Of a DNA stretch of 64,000 bases, positions 45,616 through 54,826 are shown piece by piece. This DNA is from Carpediemonas membranifera BICM (taxonomy: Eukaryota > Protista > Fornicata). Both the position numbers and the translations under genes were made by a program. Every line of letters begins with the position of its first letter. The stretch's first letter is position 1. Location of the stretch: assembly GCA_019828565.1 (NCBI GenBank), contig JAHDYR010000005.1, forward strand, positions 1,445,992-1,509,991, read 5' to 3'. Below the pieces are notes generated by a model that ran no database searches, had not been told where the DNA came from, and saw only the letters and a list, made by a program, of their open reading frames with translations.

Positions 45616-48483
45616 TCATTCCAAGAACCAGCGGCACCGGGCCCTCCTTGCAGCTCTCCGCATCTCCGCTCTCGGGTGGTCCAGCAGCGGCCTCAGTTGG
45701 AATATCACGGCCAGCCGGAGGGAGACAGGATCAGTGGCACTCTTGGCAGAGGTCGCCATGTGGTAAAGAAGGTCCATCATCATCTCAAACAAGGAGTCGA
45801 GAGACGCATCGTCAAGCGGAAGGTTCTTACTGGTTTCGAGGCTCTCCGTGACAATCACCGCGACCGACCTTGCAACCACGGCCGGGGCGAGCCGGGCGAC
45901 CCTAGTGAGGGCATGAGCGCACTGCCCCGCCACACCGGGCGAGACCTCAAGCTCGCCGTGGTGGCCTATGCCGCTGAGCATCGTGTTCACGGCCTCACCA
46001 TCCCTGAGCTTGCATACGATCGGGATGGCGGGGTCGGGCATAGTCGACAACAGGCCGGCCAGGGCCACGAGGACGGCTGCCTGGCGCTCGGGCTTGCCGT
46101 ATACCTGGCCTTCAAGGCCGAGGAGCAAACCTGCCACCTCAACCACGGCCTTGGTGTCTTTGTAGTGCGAGAACATGGCGTTCAGCTGACCTGCAACCAT
46201 CATGCTCGACTCTAAAGTCCCCGACGCCACGACTTGGACCATCGTCTGCCCCAGCTGGCGGACGGTGTCATTTGGTATGAAGGCCGAGGCGCAGTTCACG
46301 AGGGCGACGACGCAGTGGACCTCGGCCTCGTTCACAGGCGTCGCCCCGTCACACGCGGCGATAAACCGGGCTGAAAGAGCCTTGACGACAGTGCTTGACA
46401 GACCTCGAAGGGTGGGGGCGAGCTCGGCGGTGACCTTCTCAGCAGTGTGGGGGTCGCTTACGACAACGAGGCGGAGGAGGAGCTGTTCGAGCGTCAGTGG
46501 CAGACTGGCCGCGGGGTGACCGAGGGCGATGAGAAGCCTAGCAGCAACCTGGACCGTAGCTTCTTCGGGTGAGGGGTTCTCGGCGAGCTCCTTGAGAGTG
46601 GTGGTGTTCGCCGATGAGTAGATCTTGTTCAGATCAGAAGACACGCCAATGTGAGGTCTGAGAGCAGAGGCGAGGCCGAGGGCACTGTCGTGGATGAGGG
46701 AGGTCGTCGTTAGTTTCGAGACCAAATCTGACAAAACAGACGACGAGGGGGAGGTGCGGAAAGACTCAAGGATGAAGACAGTAGCCTCCACAGCAATGGG
46801 GCAGGCTGGAATAGAAGCCACAAGCTTTTTGAGCAGCTTGAGAGCGGCGTCATCGCTTCTGCAGTGAGCGAGTTGAATTACCATGTCTGTCGCGCCGTCA
46901 TGCGGCTTCGGCCTGCCCTTGGTCTTGACCGACTTGTGCCGATGAATATGTCTGAGTAGCTCAAATACGGGACCGTAAATCGGATCAGATATGAGAGAAT
47001 CTATAGATTCAACCTTGGCTGAATTGAGCTGAGTCTCTAGGTTGGCAGCGACCAGGCGCAGAGGATGCTTGTGGCTTATACCAACAGCCTTTGCGGCGAT
47101 GTCAATCATGTTGTCGTCCATGTGGTCGACACCGCCCGCAATATCGAACCACGATCTCAAAAGATCCACCGCGATCGCCGAGATATCATTCTGCACGTGC
47201 GGTGCGACATCGGTGATTCTCTCGAGTGTTGCGGCGAGTAGGGCGGAGACGGGGTGCATCTGATCACACGACCTGGGCGATATTGGGAGCGGGGCGTCGA
47301 TACTTGCCTGGTAGACCTCCGTAGCGATCCCGCTGACCCTATCCTTTGCTCCTGAGACGACCCTTGCTGCTCCAGCGAGCCAGATAAAGTGGTCCTGGCC
47401 CGCCTTCGTCCTGGAGAGGTCCCAGACGTAGTGCAGACGCCGGAACAGGTCAGCGAGTAGAGCAGGGAGCATCTCACGAGCACTGGCGCTCTCGGCGGCG
47501 GCAGCGCTGAGCTCCAGTACAGCTGCGACTGAGGCGTGGGACCCGCTATCGAATCTGAACTCCCTCGTGCAGTAATCGACCAGCGATGTGCGAGTTAGGC
47601 TATCATGGTCGAGCAGCACTCTGAGACACCGCATGGCGGCCTCCCTTGTGGGTTCTGGACTATGTGCCATATCATGGACGATCTCCCAGAAGACATCACG
47701 CGAGATTTGACTCAGCGGCCAGATTCCATGGGTGTCGATGACAGTGACAATGTCGTTGAAGCATGCGATCTTGTCCTGCTCCTTAGCGAGTGTGAGCTGG
47801 TCGACAATGAACGGCACGGAGTACGGCACGATGCGGGGCGAGGAGAGCATCACGTCGTTGTACGCGTCGACCAGGGCCTCCCTGGGCACAGGGTTGGGTG
47901 TGCCAGGTTTTGGTTCGTACTCTAGAGGGTAGTAGAGGCTGAGGTCGTCGAACACGGACTGGAGCTCCGTAGCAAGGGACGACTCCTTGACTCCAGAGAG
48001 GCAGGAGTCCAGCTGATTGACGAGGCCGGCGATGGTTTTGAATAGGATGAGTAGAACTTTGGGGTCGCGGGCTCCTCGGCCTGCTGCACGGGCAAGGGCG
48101 AGCAAGTCGAGGGCTTGCGGGGGCGTTTTGATAGGAAGATGCGAGATGAGAGTCAACAAAGGCATGCGTACGGGCGTTGGCTGATGCTGAATGTCGGCGT
48201 ACTCGACGCAGATCCTGATGATGGTGGTGAGGTCCTCGAGCTCGAGGTTTCCCCATTGATGGTCACAGATGCTCGACGCAAGGATGCAGAGAGGCGCTGA
48301 AAGTGATTTCTCACGCATGTTACTCTCTAGAAAGAGCGTAAATTGCTTCATTGCTTCTGATCCTGGCGGGAGAACTGTGGTGGAAATGTTTCGGGCGACG
48401 TTGACGGCAAAATCAATGCGGCTGTCTTCTGGCTCATTGGAGAGCTCTTTCAAGAACGTTTGAGCATAGACAGCAAGTTCCAT
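45616..48483 (-). CDS. MMS19: MMS19/Met18 cytosolic Fe-S assembly targeting factor
   Basis: RDPKVLLILF (cf. KDPRNLL), VFDDLSLYYPLEYEP.P.TP..VPREAL (cf. CYFPIDFTPPPNDP..I.REDL) and C-terminal LLDHPRAEMRRAARRARCRWF (cf. LDDKKRLVRKEAVSARGEWF); HEAT-like throughout. Confidence 0.82.
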   Translation of the reverse strand: MELAVYAQTFLKELSNEPEDSRIDFAVNVARNISTTVLPPGSEAMKQFTLFLESNMREKSLSAPLCILASSICDHQWGNLELEDLTTIIRICVEYADIQHQPTPVRMPLLTLISHLPIKTPPQALDLLALARAAGRGARDPKVLLILFKTIAGLVNQLDSCLSGVKESSLATELQSVFDDLSLYYPLEYEPKPGTPNPVPREALVDAYNDVMLSSPRIVPYSVPFIVDQLTLAKEQDKIACFNDIVTVIDTHGIWPLSQISRDVFWEIVHDMAHSPEPTREAAMRCLRVLLDHDSLTRTSLVDYCTREFRFDSGSHASVAAVLELSAAAAESASAREMLPALLADLFRRLHYVWDLSRTKAGQDHFIWLAGAARVVSGAKDRVSGIATEVYQASIDAPLPISPRSCDQMHPVSALLAATLERITDVAPHVQNDISAIAVDLLRSWFDIAGGVDHMDDNMIDIAAKAVGISHKHPLRLVAANLETQLNSAKVESIDSLISDPIYGPVFELLRHIHRHKSVKTKGRPKPHDGATDMVIQLAHCRSDDAALKLLKKLVASIPACPIAVEATVFILESFRTSPSSSVLSDLVSKLTTTSLIHDSALGLASALRPHIGVSSDLNKIYSSANTTTLKELAENPSPEEATVQVAARLLIALGHPAASLPLTLEQLLLRLVVVSDPHTAEKVTAELAPTLRGLSSTVVKALSARFIAACDGATPVNEAEVHCVVALVNCASAFIPNDTVRQLGQTMVQVVASGTLESSMMVAGQLNAMFSHYKDTKAVVEVAGLLLGLEGQVYGKPERQAAVLVALAGLLSTMPDPAIPIVCKLRDGEAVNTMLSGIGHHGELEVSPGVAGQCAHALTRVARLAPAVVARSVAVIVTESLETSKNLPLDDASLDSLFEMMMDLLYHMATSAKSATDPVSLRLAVIFQLRPLLDHPRAEMRRAARRARCRWFLE

Positions 48484-48726
48484 GGCTAGTGACAGCTTTT
48501 CGCCCGCGGCAGCGATGGTCGGGGCAATGTGTCAATACAAATTTCCAGCCGGCGGCATGTGGCAAGCTATGGCGGCGTGACGTTTGCGTCGTGACTCGGC
48601 GTAGTGCCTCTCTCTGGTACTTTTTGGCCGACACTTTTCAAAGTTTCAATAGACGTCACGATGGACATAGAGTACTAGCGCAATGCTTGTGCTGTCCCAA
48701 TACATTCATAAATACTGTCCCTAGTT

Positions 48727-48963
48727 AGCAGCGTTCGACCCAGACAATGGACGACAGCCGACGCATCTTTTCGTGCAGACCGACGACTGAAAGCACGAAA
48801 GCCCGATTGTACAGACAATGGCTGAAGAGGGTGAGTGGAGGTAGTGTGCCGCGCAGGATTAGAATACTTGAGTCTAAATCTCTGGAGTTCATCCCAGGGG
48901 GGTCGACAGCTTAAGTCACCTTTACATGAATCCTCCGCATAAACCCATAAACCTCTAAATACC
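48727..48963. repeat. Dispersed ~230 bp repeat, copy 2
   Basis: Same orientation and only a few substitutions/indels relative to 16464-16693. Shared motif at 48844-48878. Confidence 0.9.
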
Positions 48964-49029
48964 CACAAGCCGCTTGACATAAACTGCATACTAGGAGACC
49001 TTCACAGCCCACCGGCTTTGAATTCAACC

Positions 49030-51039
49030 ATGTCCGGACGAGGGAAGTTTAACCTCACGAAGATGAAGCAATACGGCAAGAAGTATGGCAAGCTAGTTGC
49101 AGAAAAGGCTGCGGAGATGAATGCTGAGCTTGATCGCACTCTGAACAACAAGGCTCTTGAAAACGCGTTCAGTGCTAATGGAGAGTCGGACTATATTGAA
49201 ATCCATCCAGAAGGCGCGTCAACAATGCCTTCCCAGCTCGTAACACCGGCCCCTGTTTCCTTATCGACTCCCAAGCCCATCTCACGGCCCAAGAAGCTGG
49301 CCCTGCCCCGCTTCGGCACGCCCTCTACATCTTCTCTCCCTCAGGCCGGCCCCAGCTCAAGCCCAGCGACCCCAGGGATCGAGGACAAGACCTCACTCGC
49401 TGTTCCTGTCGAGGAGGCGGCCTCCCCGGTCGACAGCGCCCAGGGACATGGGAAGCAGGCTGAGAACACGCCCGAGCCCGAGGAGACTACCAAGCCCTCT
49501 CTCTCTGAGCCGACGGACCCCGCCATGTGGTCCGTCCAGCAGTATTCGAAGGAGCGGGTGGCGTTCATGTTGGCCGCCGTGTTGGATCAGATGTACCCCG
49601 TGGAGAATGGGGAGGAGGCCACTGCTGAGGTGGACGAGCCTGCGCCCGAGCCTGAAAATGAGCCTGAGATGAATGACGAGGAGGTCCAGCAGACTCAGGA
49701 AGGGAGCCATGAACCCGAGCCGAGACCAGACGAGCAAACTGCACAGCATGAGCCTGAACTGATGCCCGAAGCGGAGCCCCACCCTGGACCCGAGTACCAG
49801 CTCGAAACCGCACCAGCACCAGAAGCCGAGCCTGAGCCCGAGGAGCAGGAGCAGATGGTGCCAGCTCAAGCCCTGTGGAACGCGGAGACGACCATTGAAC
49901 GGCTCAACGAACGGCTTCACGTCGCCAACAAGGTGACCGACGCGCTCCAGCAAACTATCGAGGAGCTCGAGAACAAGATGAAGGCAGGTCTTTCGACACG
50001 CCAGGCAGACGCCCTGAAGAAGGAAATGACCCTCACACTCGAGACTGAGCAGCGTCGCGGCCTCAGATTCAAGGCTGCTAGCGAGGAGCAGGCCAAGCAG
50101 ATCGCCCAGCTCAAGGAGGGCCTGGCCAAGGCCGCAGAGGTCGAGGCACAGAGCCACGAGGAGCTGGAGAGTGTCAGGATCCAGCTAACGAAGGCAGAAG
50201 ACGACCTGTCCGCGGCCGAGTCTGACATGAGGGCCTGGAAGGCGAAGGCCGGGGTGCTGGCGAGTGATGTGTCGTCCCAGCGCGAGCTCGTTGCTCAGAG
50301 AGATGCCACCATCGCTGAACTCCGCGCGCTGCTCACTAGAAAGGCGGAACAGCAGCAGAAGCTGAACGAGGATGCCTCCGCTACTGCCAACAGGCGCGTG
50401 GCTGGCGTCAAGGCCGAGCTTGAGGCTGCCCAGAAGGCCATAGAGGAGGAGAAAGCCCGCTACGCCCAGCTCGAGCAGCAGCTGGAGATGGCCCGGGCCG
50501 AGGCAGACGAGCTTCGCGACCGAGCGGTGAGAGGCGAGCAAGTGGCGATCGGCAGGGCAAGAGAGGTCGCCTCGGCCACCGCCCCGCTCCTTGCCGAGGT
50601 GCAGAAGGTCACTGGGCTTTACAACCAGGAGCAGGCGGCAAGGGCCGCGGCCAACCGTGAACTCGACCGTGCCAGAGCAGCCCTGGAGTCGAGCGAGGCC
50701 CAGTGGGGCGACCGGGAGCGGACTTACCGCGCCGAGATAGACACCGCCCATGCCGCGGCCGCCGCTGAGGCTGAGAGAGTCCAGGAGGTCGAGGCAGACC
50801 TTGCTGCCCTGGCTGTCCGGCTGGCTGAGGCAAGGGCGGATCATGGCAGGACTGCCCAGTCAGAGGCCGACCTCAAAGCCAGGGTGGAGGCGCTCGAGAA
50901 GGCCGCGGAGGAGGCGAAGAGTGTTCAGGCGGAGAAGGCCAAGGCGGAGGGCAAGGACCTGCAGGTGATGTTTGAGGCGGCCCTGGACCTGATCGCGGAA
51001 CACGAGGCGACGATCGCTAAGCTCACTCGACACAAGTGA
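49030..51039 (+). CDS. Long coiled-coil protein, TMF1/Sgm1-like golgin
   Basis: Acidic/Pro-rich N-half and heptad C-half. VASATAPLLAEVQ and MFEAALDLIAEHE resemble TMF1 motifs (TTRPLLRQIE; ETTLELLGEK). Confidence 0.6.
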   Translation: MSGRGKFNLTKMKQYGKKYGKLVAEKAAEMNAELDRTLNNKALENAFSANGESDYIEIHPEGASTMPSQLVTPAPVSLSTPKPISRPKKLALPRFGTPSTSSLPQAGPSSSPATPGIEDKTSLAVPVEEAASPVDSAQGHGKQAENTPEPEETTKPSLSEPTDPAMWSVQQYSKERVAFMLAAVLDQMYPVENGEEATAEVDEPAPEPENEPEMNDEEVQQTQEGSHEPEPRPDEQTAQHEPELMPEAEPHPGPEYQLETAPAPEAEPEPEEQEQMVPAQALWNAETTIERLNERLHVANKVTDALQQTIEELENKMKAGLSTRQADALKKEMTLTLETEQRRGLRFKAASEEQAKQIAQLKEGLAKAAEVEAQSHEELESVRIQLTKAEDDLSAAESDMRAWKAKAGVLASDVSSQRELVAQRDATIAELRALLTRKAEQQQKLNEDASATANRRVAGVKAELEAAQKAIEEEKARYAQLEQQLEMARAEADELRDRAVRGEQVAIGRAREVASATAPLLAEVQKVTGLYNQEQAARAAANRELDRARAALESSEAQWGDRERTYRAEIDTAHAAAAAEAERVQEVEADLAALAVRLAEARADHGRTAQSEADLKARVEALEKAAEEAKSVQAEKAKAEGKDLQVMFEAALDLIAEHEATIAKLTRHK

Positions 51040-51120
51040 TTTTTACGCAATTTAATCTTGATCTCACGTATATATAAAGGATTTGCATTAAATTCCGCAC
51101 TAAATTCCTTTAAACTGCGG

Positions 51121-51873
51121 TTACGCCTTGTCCATCTCCGGGTGCAGCTCCGCCATGACTGTGAGTCTACCATCCGCCCCTACAGGCAGCACGAATGTCT
51201 GTCGTGGATTCTTCCCAAGCTCGGCGAGATGGAACTCCGCTGTGCCCAGTACCGTATCAGGTGTGAGTCGGTCATGATCATACACCTTGAACTGGACGGT
51301 GTCTGAGCTTAGCTCGCCGTGCTTCACACTCACAAGGGCCTGTCGGCCCAAGCTGAATCGTTCGTTGAATGTTGGGTTACTGTCGCGTCTGTGTTTCTTT
51401 GTCTTGAACTTCTCGTCACCGCACCGTATTTTGACAAACGGGTCAGGGTGTTCTTCGCCCCTTGTTCGCCCGAGGTTCGCGCCTTTGATCACCACAAGGT
51501 CTACTCGGCCGCTAGGGACGAATTGGACGTCAAGCTTGACACTGCCGACCGGTGCCAGGTTGACAGTAAGTATTGAGCTCGTTCGCCGGCCAGCAAGGGC
51601 GGTGCTAAGTCCTACAGAGCCTGACGAGAGTGGGCTGGCATTGTCGTGCAGTGTGGCGGTCAGTGGCGAGCTCAGAGAGACGTCTGAGAACATGAAGGCC
51701 TCGTTGAACACCGGGTTGTGAGTCGCCTTCTTGTGGGCCGTAGTTCTGTGCTGAACATCGCCGTGCTTGTTCAACATTGAGAGTGTGACGAAGGGATCGG
51801 GCGGTTCGCCGATGGTTTCTGGTATATAGGCCTCCATGACTGTTATCTTGAGCGTCCCGACGTAGGCGGGCAT
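51121..51873 (-). CDS. Tandem C2-domain protein
   Basis: Two C2 repeats: PDPFVTL...THNPVFNEAF and PDPFVKI...DSNPTFNERF...VYDHDRLTPDTVLG. Confidence 0.85.
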   Translation of the reverse strand: MPAYVGTLKITVMEAYIPETIGEPPDPFVTLSMLNKHGDVQHRTTAHKKATHNPVFNEAFMFSDVSLSSPLTATLHDNASPLSSGSVGLSTALAGRRTSSILTVNLAPVGSVKLDVQFVPSGRVDLVVIKGANLGRTRGEEHPDPFVKIRCGDEKFKTKKHRRDSNPTFNERFSLGRQALVSVKHGELSSDTVQFKVYDHDRLTPDTVLGTAEFHLAELGKNPRQTFVLPVGADGRLTVMAELHPEMDKA

Positions 51874-52342
51874 TTCTCTGAGCCAGTACGATTCTTTGAG
51901 TCTGATTCGCAGCTGTACAGAGCATTGCAAGGAGAGAATGCCATAAGAACGTGCGAAAAGAACAAGATACTCACATATGCAGCTCGTTTCAGCTCTTATC
52001 GTTGATTCTTCTCACCAAGAGAATCTGCGATTCGTCGCGACTCATCCAGAAGTCGAGTCGAAAAGGACCTTATTCCACCAGGAGCACTAAATAGGCGGGA
52101 TGTGCGTTTCTCTACTCAATGATCGCCACCTGATAAATTTTGAGAAGATTTGTCACGCTGGCAAAGTTACACCATGATGATTGAATCTTTTCTTTAATTG
52201 TTTTGCAGTAATGCCTGGCCAGCCAAGCTCAGCCCGACGACACCAACATGTCAGCCTGACTGATTCTTGATTCGACTCTGTCGGGTCTTTGCGTTTCACA
52301 TACGTTGTAACCGCAGCAACGTATTTCGTCCACATCGCTCCA

Positions 52343-54826
52343 ATGGCGGACAAACCAGTCACATCTGTTGTTATACGTCCATTCTCCAGCGAGGAGCGTT
52401 ATATGCAGCTCCGGTCAACGTGGAAGACGACCACGGGAAGAATATACTCCCCGAACACGTCAAGCAGCAGCTTCAAGTTCGACGACGTGATAGACTTCAG
52501 CCATCGTAGCACAAGACATGAGGCGTTCGAGAAGATCGCCGCCAAAGCGAAAGAAATTGCCACCGAGTCCCTTCAGAGTTCCATCCACTGCGCAATGTCC
52601 TTCGGATGCCTCAACGGAGGCTCATCATACACCATGTGGGGCCACCACGACGAGGGGCTTGTCCACGAAGTCGCACGATGCATCCGCGACGCCGATCCTG
52701 AGGCCTCTTTCTGTGGCTCCCTCCTCCACATCACAGGAGAAGGTGTCCGAGATGCCACAGCTATAGACAACCCAACACGCATGACCAAGGTACCTGCCTC
52801 GTTCGAGGAGTGCGGCCTTGTCATCAACGGCGTCGCACGCCATCCCATTGCGACCGCCGACGACCTCCACGCCTTGCTGAGCCTCCGCATGCCTCTGTGG
52901 CTCACGGATTCGGGCATCAAGACCGTCTTCTCAGGCGACGAAAGCACTGTGTTCGTCCTCTACGTCACACAAAACAAGGGCCAGGAGACGTTCGTGAGGT
53001 CCATCGTATTCGTTGACGCTGGATCCACACTCCGTATTGATGACAGCACAAAGAGCGTGCCAGATAGCGACGCGAACGCCATGTGCCTCATCTACCGAGT
53101 GCTACAGCTCGCCAGGACCGCTGACGCGACGGAGGCATCAAGGACACTGCTGTCGACCCACAGATTCTTGCCCAGACTCTTAAGGCCATTTATGTTTGGT
53201 CAGGGCGGTATACATATATTCGCATGTATCAGCCCCGCGATCCAGCGCGAGGGAGAGTCCGCCCAGGCGCTCCGTCTCGCCGAAGCATGGCGCCAGATGC
53301 CCCGTGGCACTACCAGCCAGCTGCTCCAGCCCGAGCCGCTCTCCGAGACCCCTGAGGCCGCACTGATCTCTCTCCTTACGAAGCGGCAGCGGTCTCTCGT
53401 TGATGAGCTTTCTGCTTTGCAGCAAGACATCGATCTGACCGACGATCGCCTGTACGTCCGACGCCAAGACATCGAGCATTTACAAGGCGTTATCACCGCC
53501 TGTTCCCGCGTCACACAGCTGTTCAACAGCCGTCAAAACGCCAGCCCCGGCGGCAATCTCAAGTCTGTCGTCCACCAAACACGTGCCGCGCTAGCCAGAT
53601 CGCACATCCACAAGTCTGTTGGCCGGCCCTGCTTGCGGGTTCTCCATCCAAACCCGAGCGTGACTGCGTTTTATTACATCCATTTGTCAGAAAAGGTGTA
53701 CCTCGACTCGACGGGAAAGAGACGGCTCATTATTGGAGCGAACAAGCCCACAGATCCACAGAACGCCCGGCGCCGCGCCCCTATGATGACCCCCTCCCCC
53801 ACGCCGTTCAAACGGACGCTATCCTCACCCGTCTTCGAGGAGACGAACGAGAAGGAGCCGGGCTCCAATGTCGTCTCCCTGGCCGGAATGGGTGTTGTTC
53901 AGGACCATCTGGTGGTTATATACGGCGAGGAGACCGATGGTCCAGGTTTCTACGCCGTATCTCCTGGTAGCTCGGGAGAGATACTCATTAATGGTCTACC
54001 CGCAACGATCGCCCAAACTATCACTGACAATGACCGCGTGATGATAGGGGACATCGCCTTAGAGGCCCTACTCAGCGATAGAGGCCGCCCCAAGGTCAGC
54101 TGGGCCGTCTGTAGCATTGAGTCCCGCATGGCACAGGGGGTGGCCGTTACAGACCTCGCTGGACAGCCGTACTGGCCTGTAACAACCCACTTCCGGACTG
54201 CTAACCAGTGGTTGGGGGCCAGTGACTGTGCCTCAAAGATTTACGACTATTTACGTGAGATACGTTCGAAGAACTGTCGCCACTATGTATCGTCTGTGAA
54301 TCTGATCACTCAGTGCATTACAGCGGTGTACGCAGGCGTCATGGCCAATGTGCAGACTGATCCGCACTTCCCATTCACTCTTGTGTCGCGTCCACTGCTT
54401 ATGTCGGACGGTCGAGAGGCAGTTGATTATCTCTATCTTCAACGGACACCGTTCCAGACCTTCCAGCTTCTCAATCTCACCGCTGTTCGATCGATCGGCA
54501 TGTACGGCCAGCCGTCGCCTGACCCAGTTCAAACTGTCTCCAAGCGTGGTCTCATCGGCGTCGCTGCCATGACAATCAGGGCGCCGTTTGATCATACCGA
54601 GTTTTCTCTCGCTATACGGCGACCAGCCGGCTGGGATCAGGGCGGCAGGCCGTTGGGCAGGCTTAAAGTGCTTTTCAAGGCTGTCGAGCCAGAAGGACTA
54701 ATACGGCACCAGTACCGCGACACTGATATTGTCGACGAGGGCGGGTACATGAGCGATGACGGCTTCGACTCGAGGTACCAGAGGAGGTTAGACGCGGGCT
54801 TCTTGCCGGGTGTGAGGAACTTGTAG
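52343..54826 (+). CDS. Highly divergent kinesin-like protein (kinesin-3-like motor + coiled coil + FHA-like region); last codons derive from the repeat array
   Basis: VVIRPFS, FKFDDV, FG....GSSYTM, IVFVDAGS, IFACISPA and ALRLAE; FHA-like SLAGMGVVQDH...INGLP....ITDNDRVMIG. Confidence 0.65.
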   Translation: MADKPVTSVVIRPFSSEERYMQLRSTWKTTTGRIYSPNTSSSSFKFDDVIDFSHRSTRHEAFEKIAAKAKEIATESLQSSIHCAMSFGCLNGGSSYTMWGHHDEGLVHEVARCIRDADPEASFCGSLLHITGEGVRDATAIDNPTRMTKVPASFEECGLVINGVARHPIATADDLHALLSLRMPLWLTDSGIKTVFSGDESTVFVLYVTQNKGQETFVRSIVFVDAGSTLRIDDSTKSVPDSDANAMCLIYRVLQLARTADATEASRTLLSTHRFLPRLLRPFMFGQGGIHIFACISPAIQREGESAQALRLAEAWRQMPRGTTSQLLQPEPLSETPEAALISLLTKRQRSLVDELSALQQDIDLTDDRLYVRRQDIEHLQGVITACSRVTQLFNSRQNASPGGNLKSVVHQTRAALARSHIHKSVGRPCLRVLHPNPSVTAFYYIHLSEKVYLDSTGKRRLIIGANKPTDPQNARRRAPMMTPSPTPFKRTLSSPVFEETNEKEPGSNVVSLAGMGVVQDHLVVIYGEETDGPGFYAVSPGSSGEILINGLPATIAQTITDNDRVMIGDIALEALLSDRGRPKVSWAVCSIESRMAQGVAVTDLAGQPYWPVTTHFRTANQWLGASDCASKIYDYLREIRSKNCRHYVSSVNLITQCITAVYAGVMANVQTDPHFPFTLVSRPLLMSDGREAVDYLYLQRTPFQTFQLLNLTAVRSIGMYGQPSPDPVQTVSKRGLIGVAAMTIRAPFDHTEFSLAIRRPAGWDQGGRPLGRLKVLFKAVEPEGLIRHQYRDTDIVDEGGYMSDDGFDSRYQRRLDAGFLPGVRNL

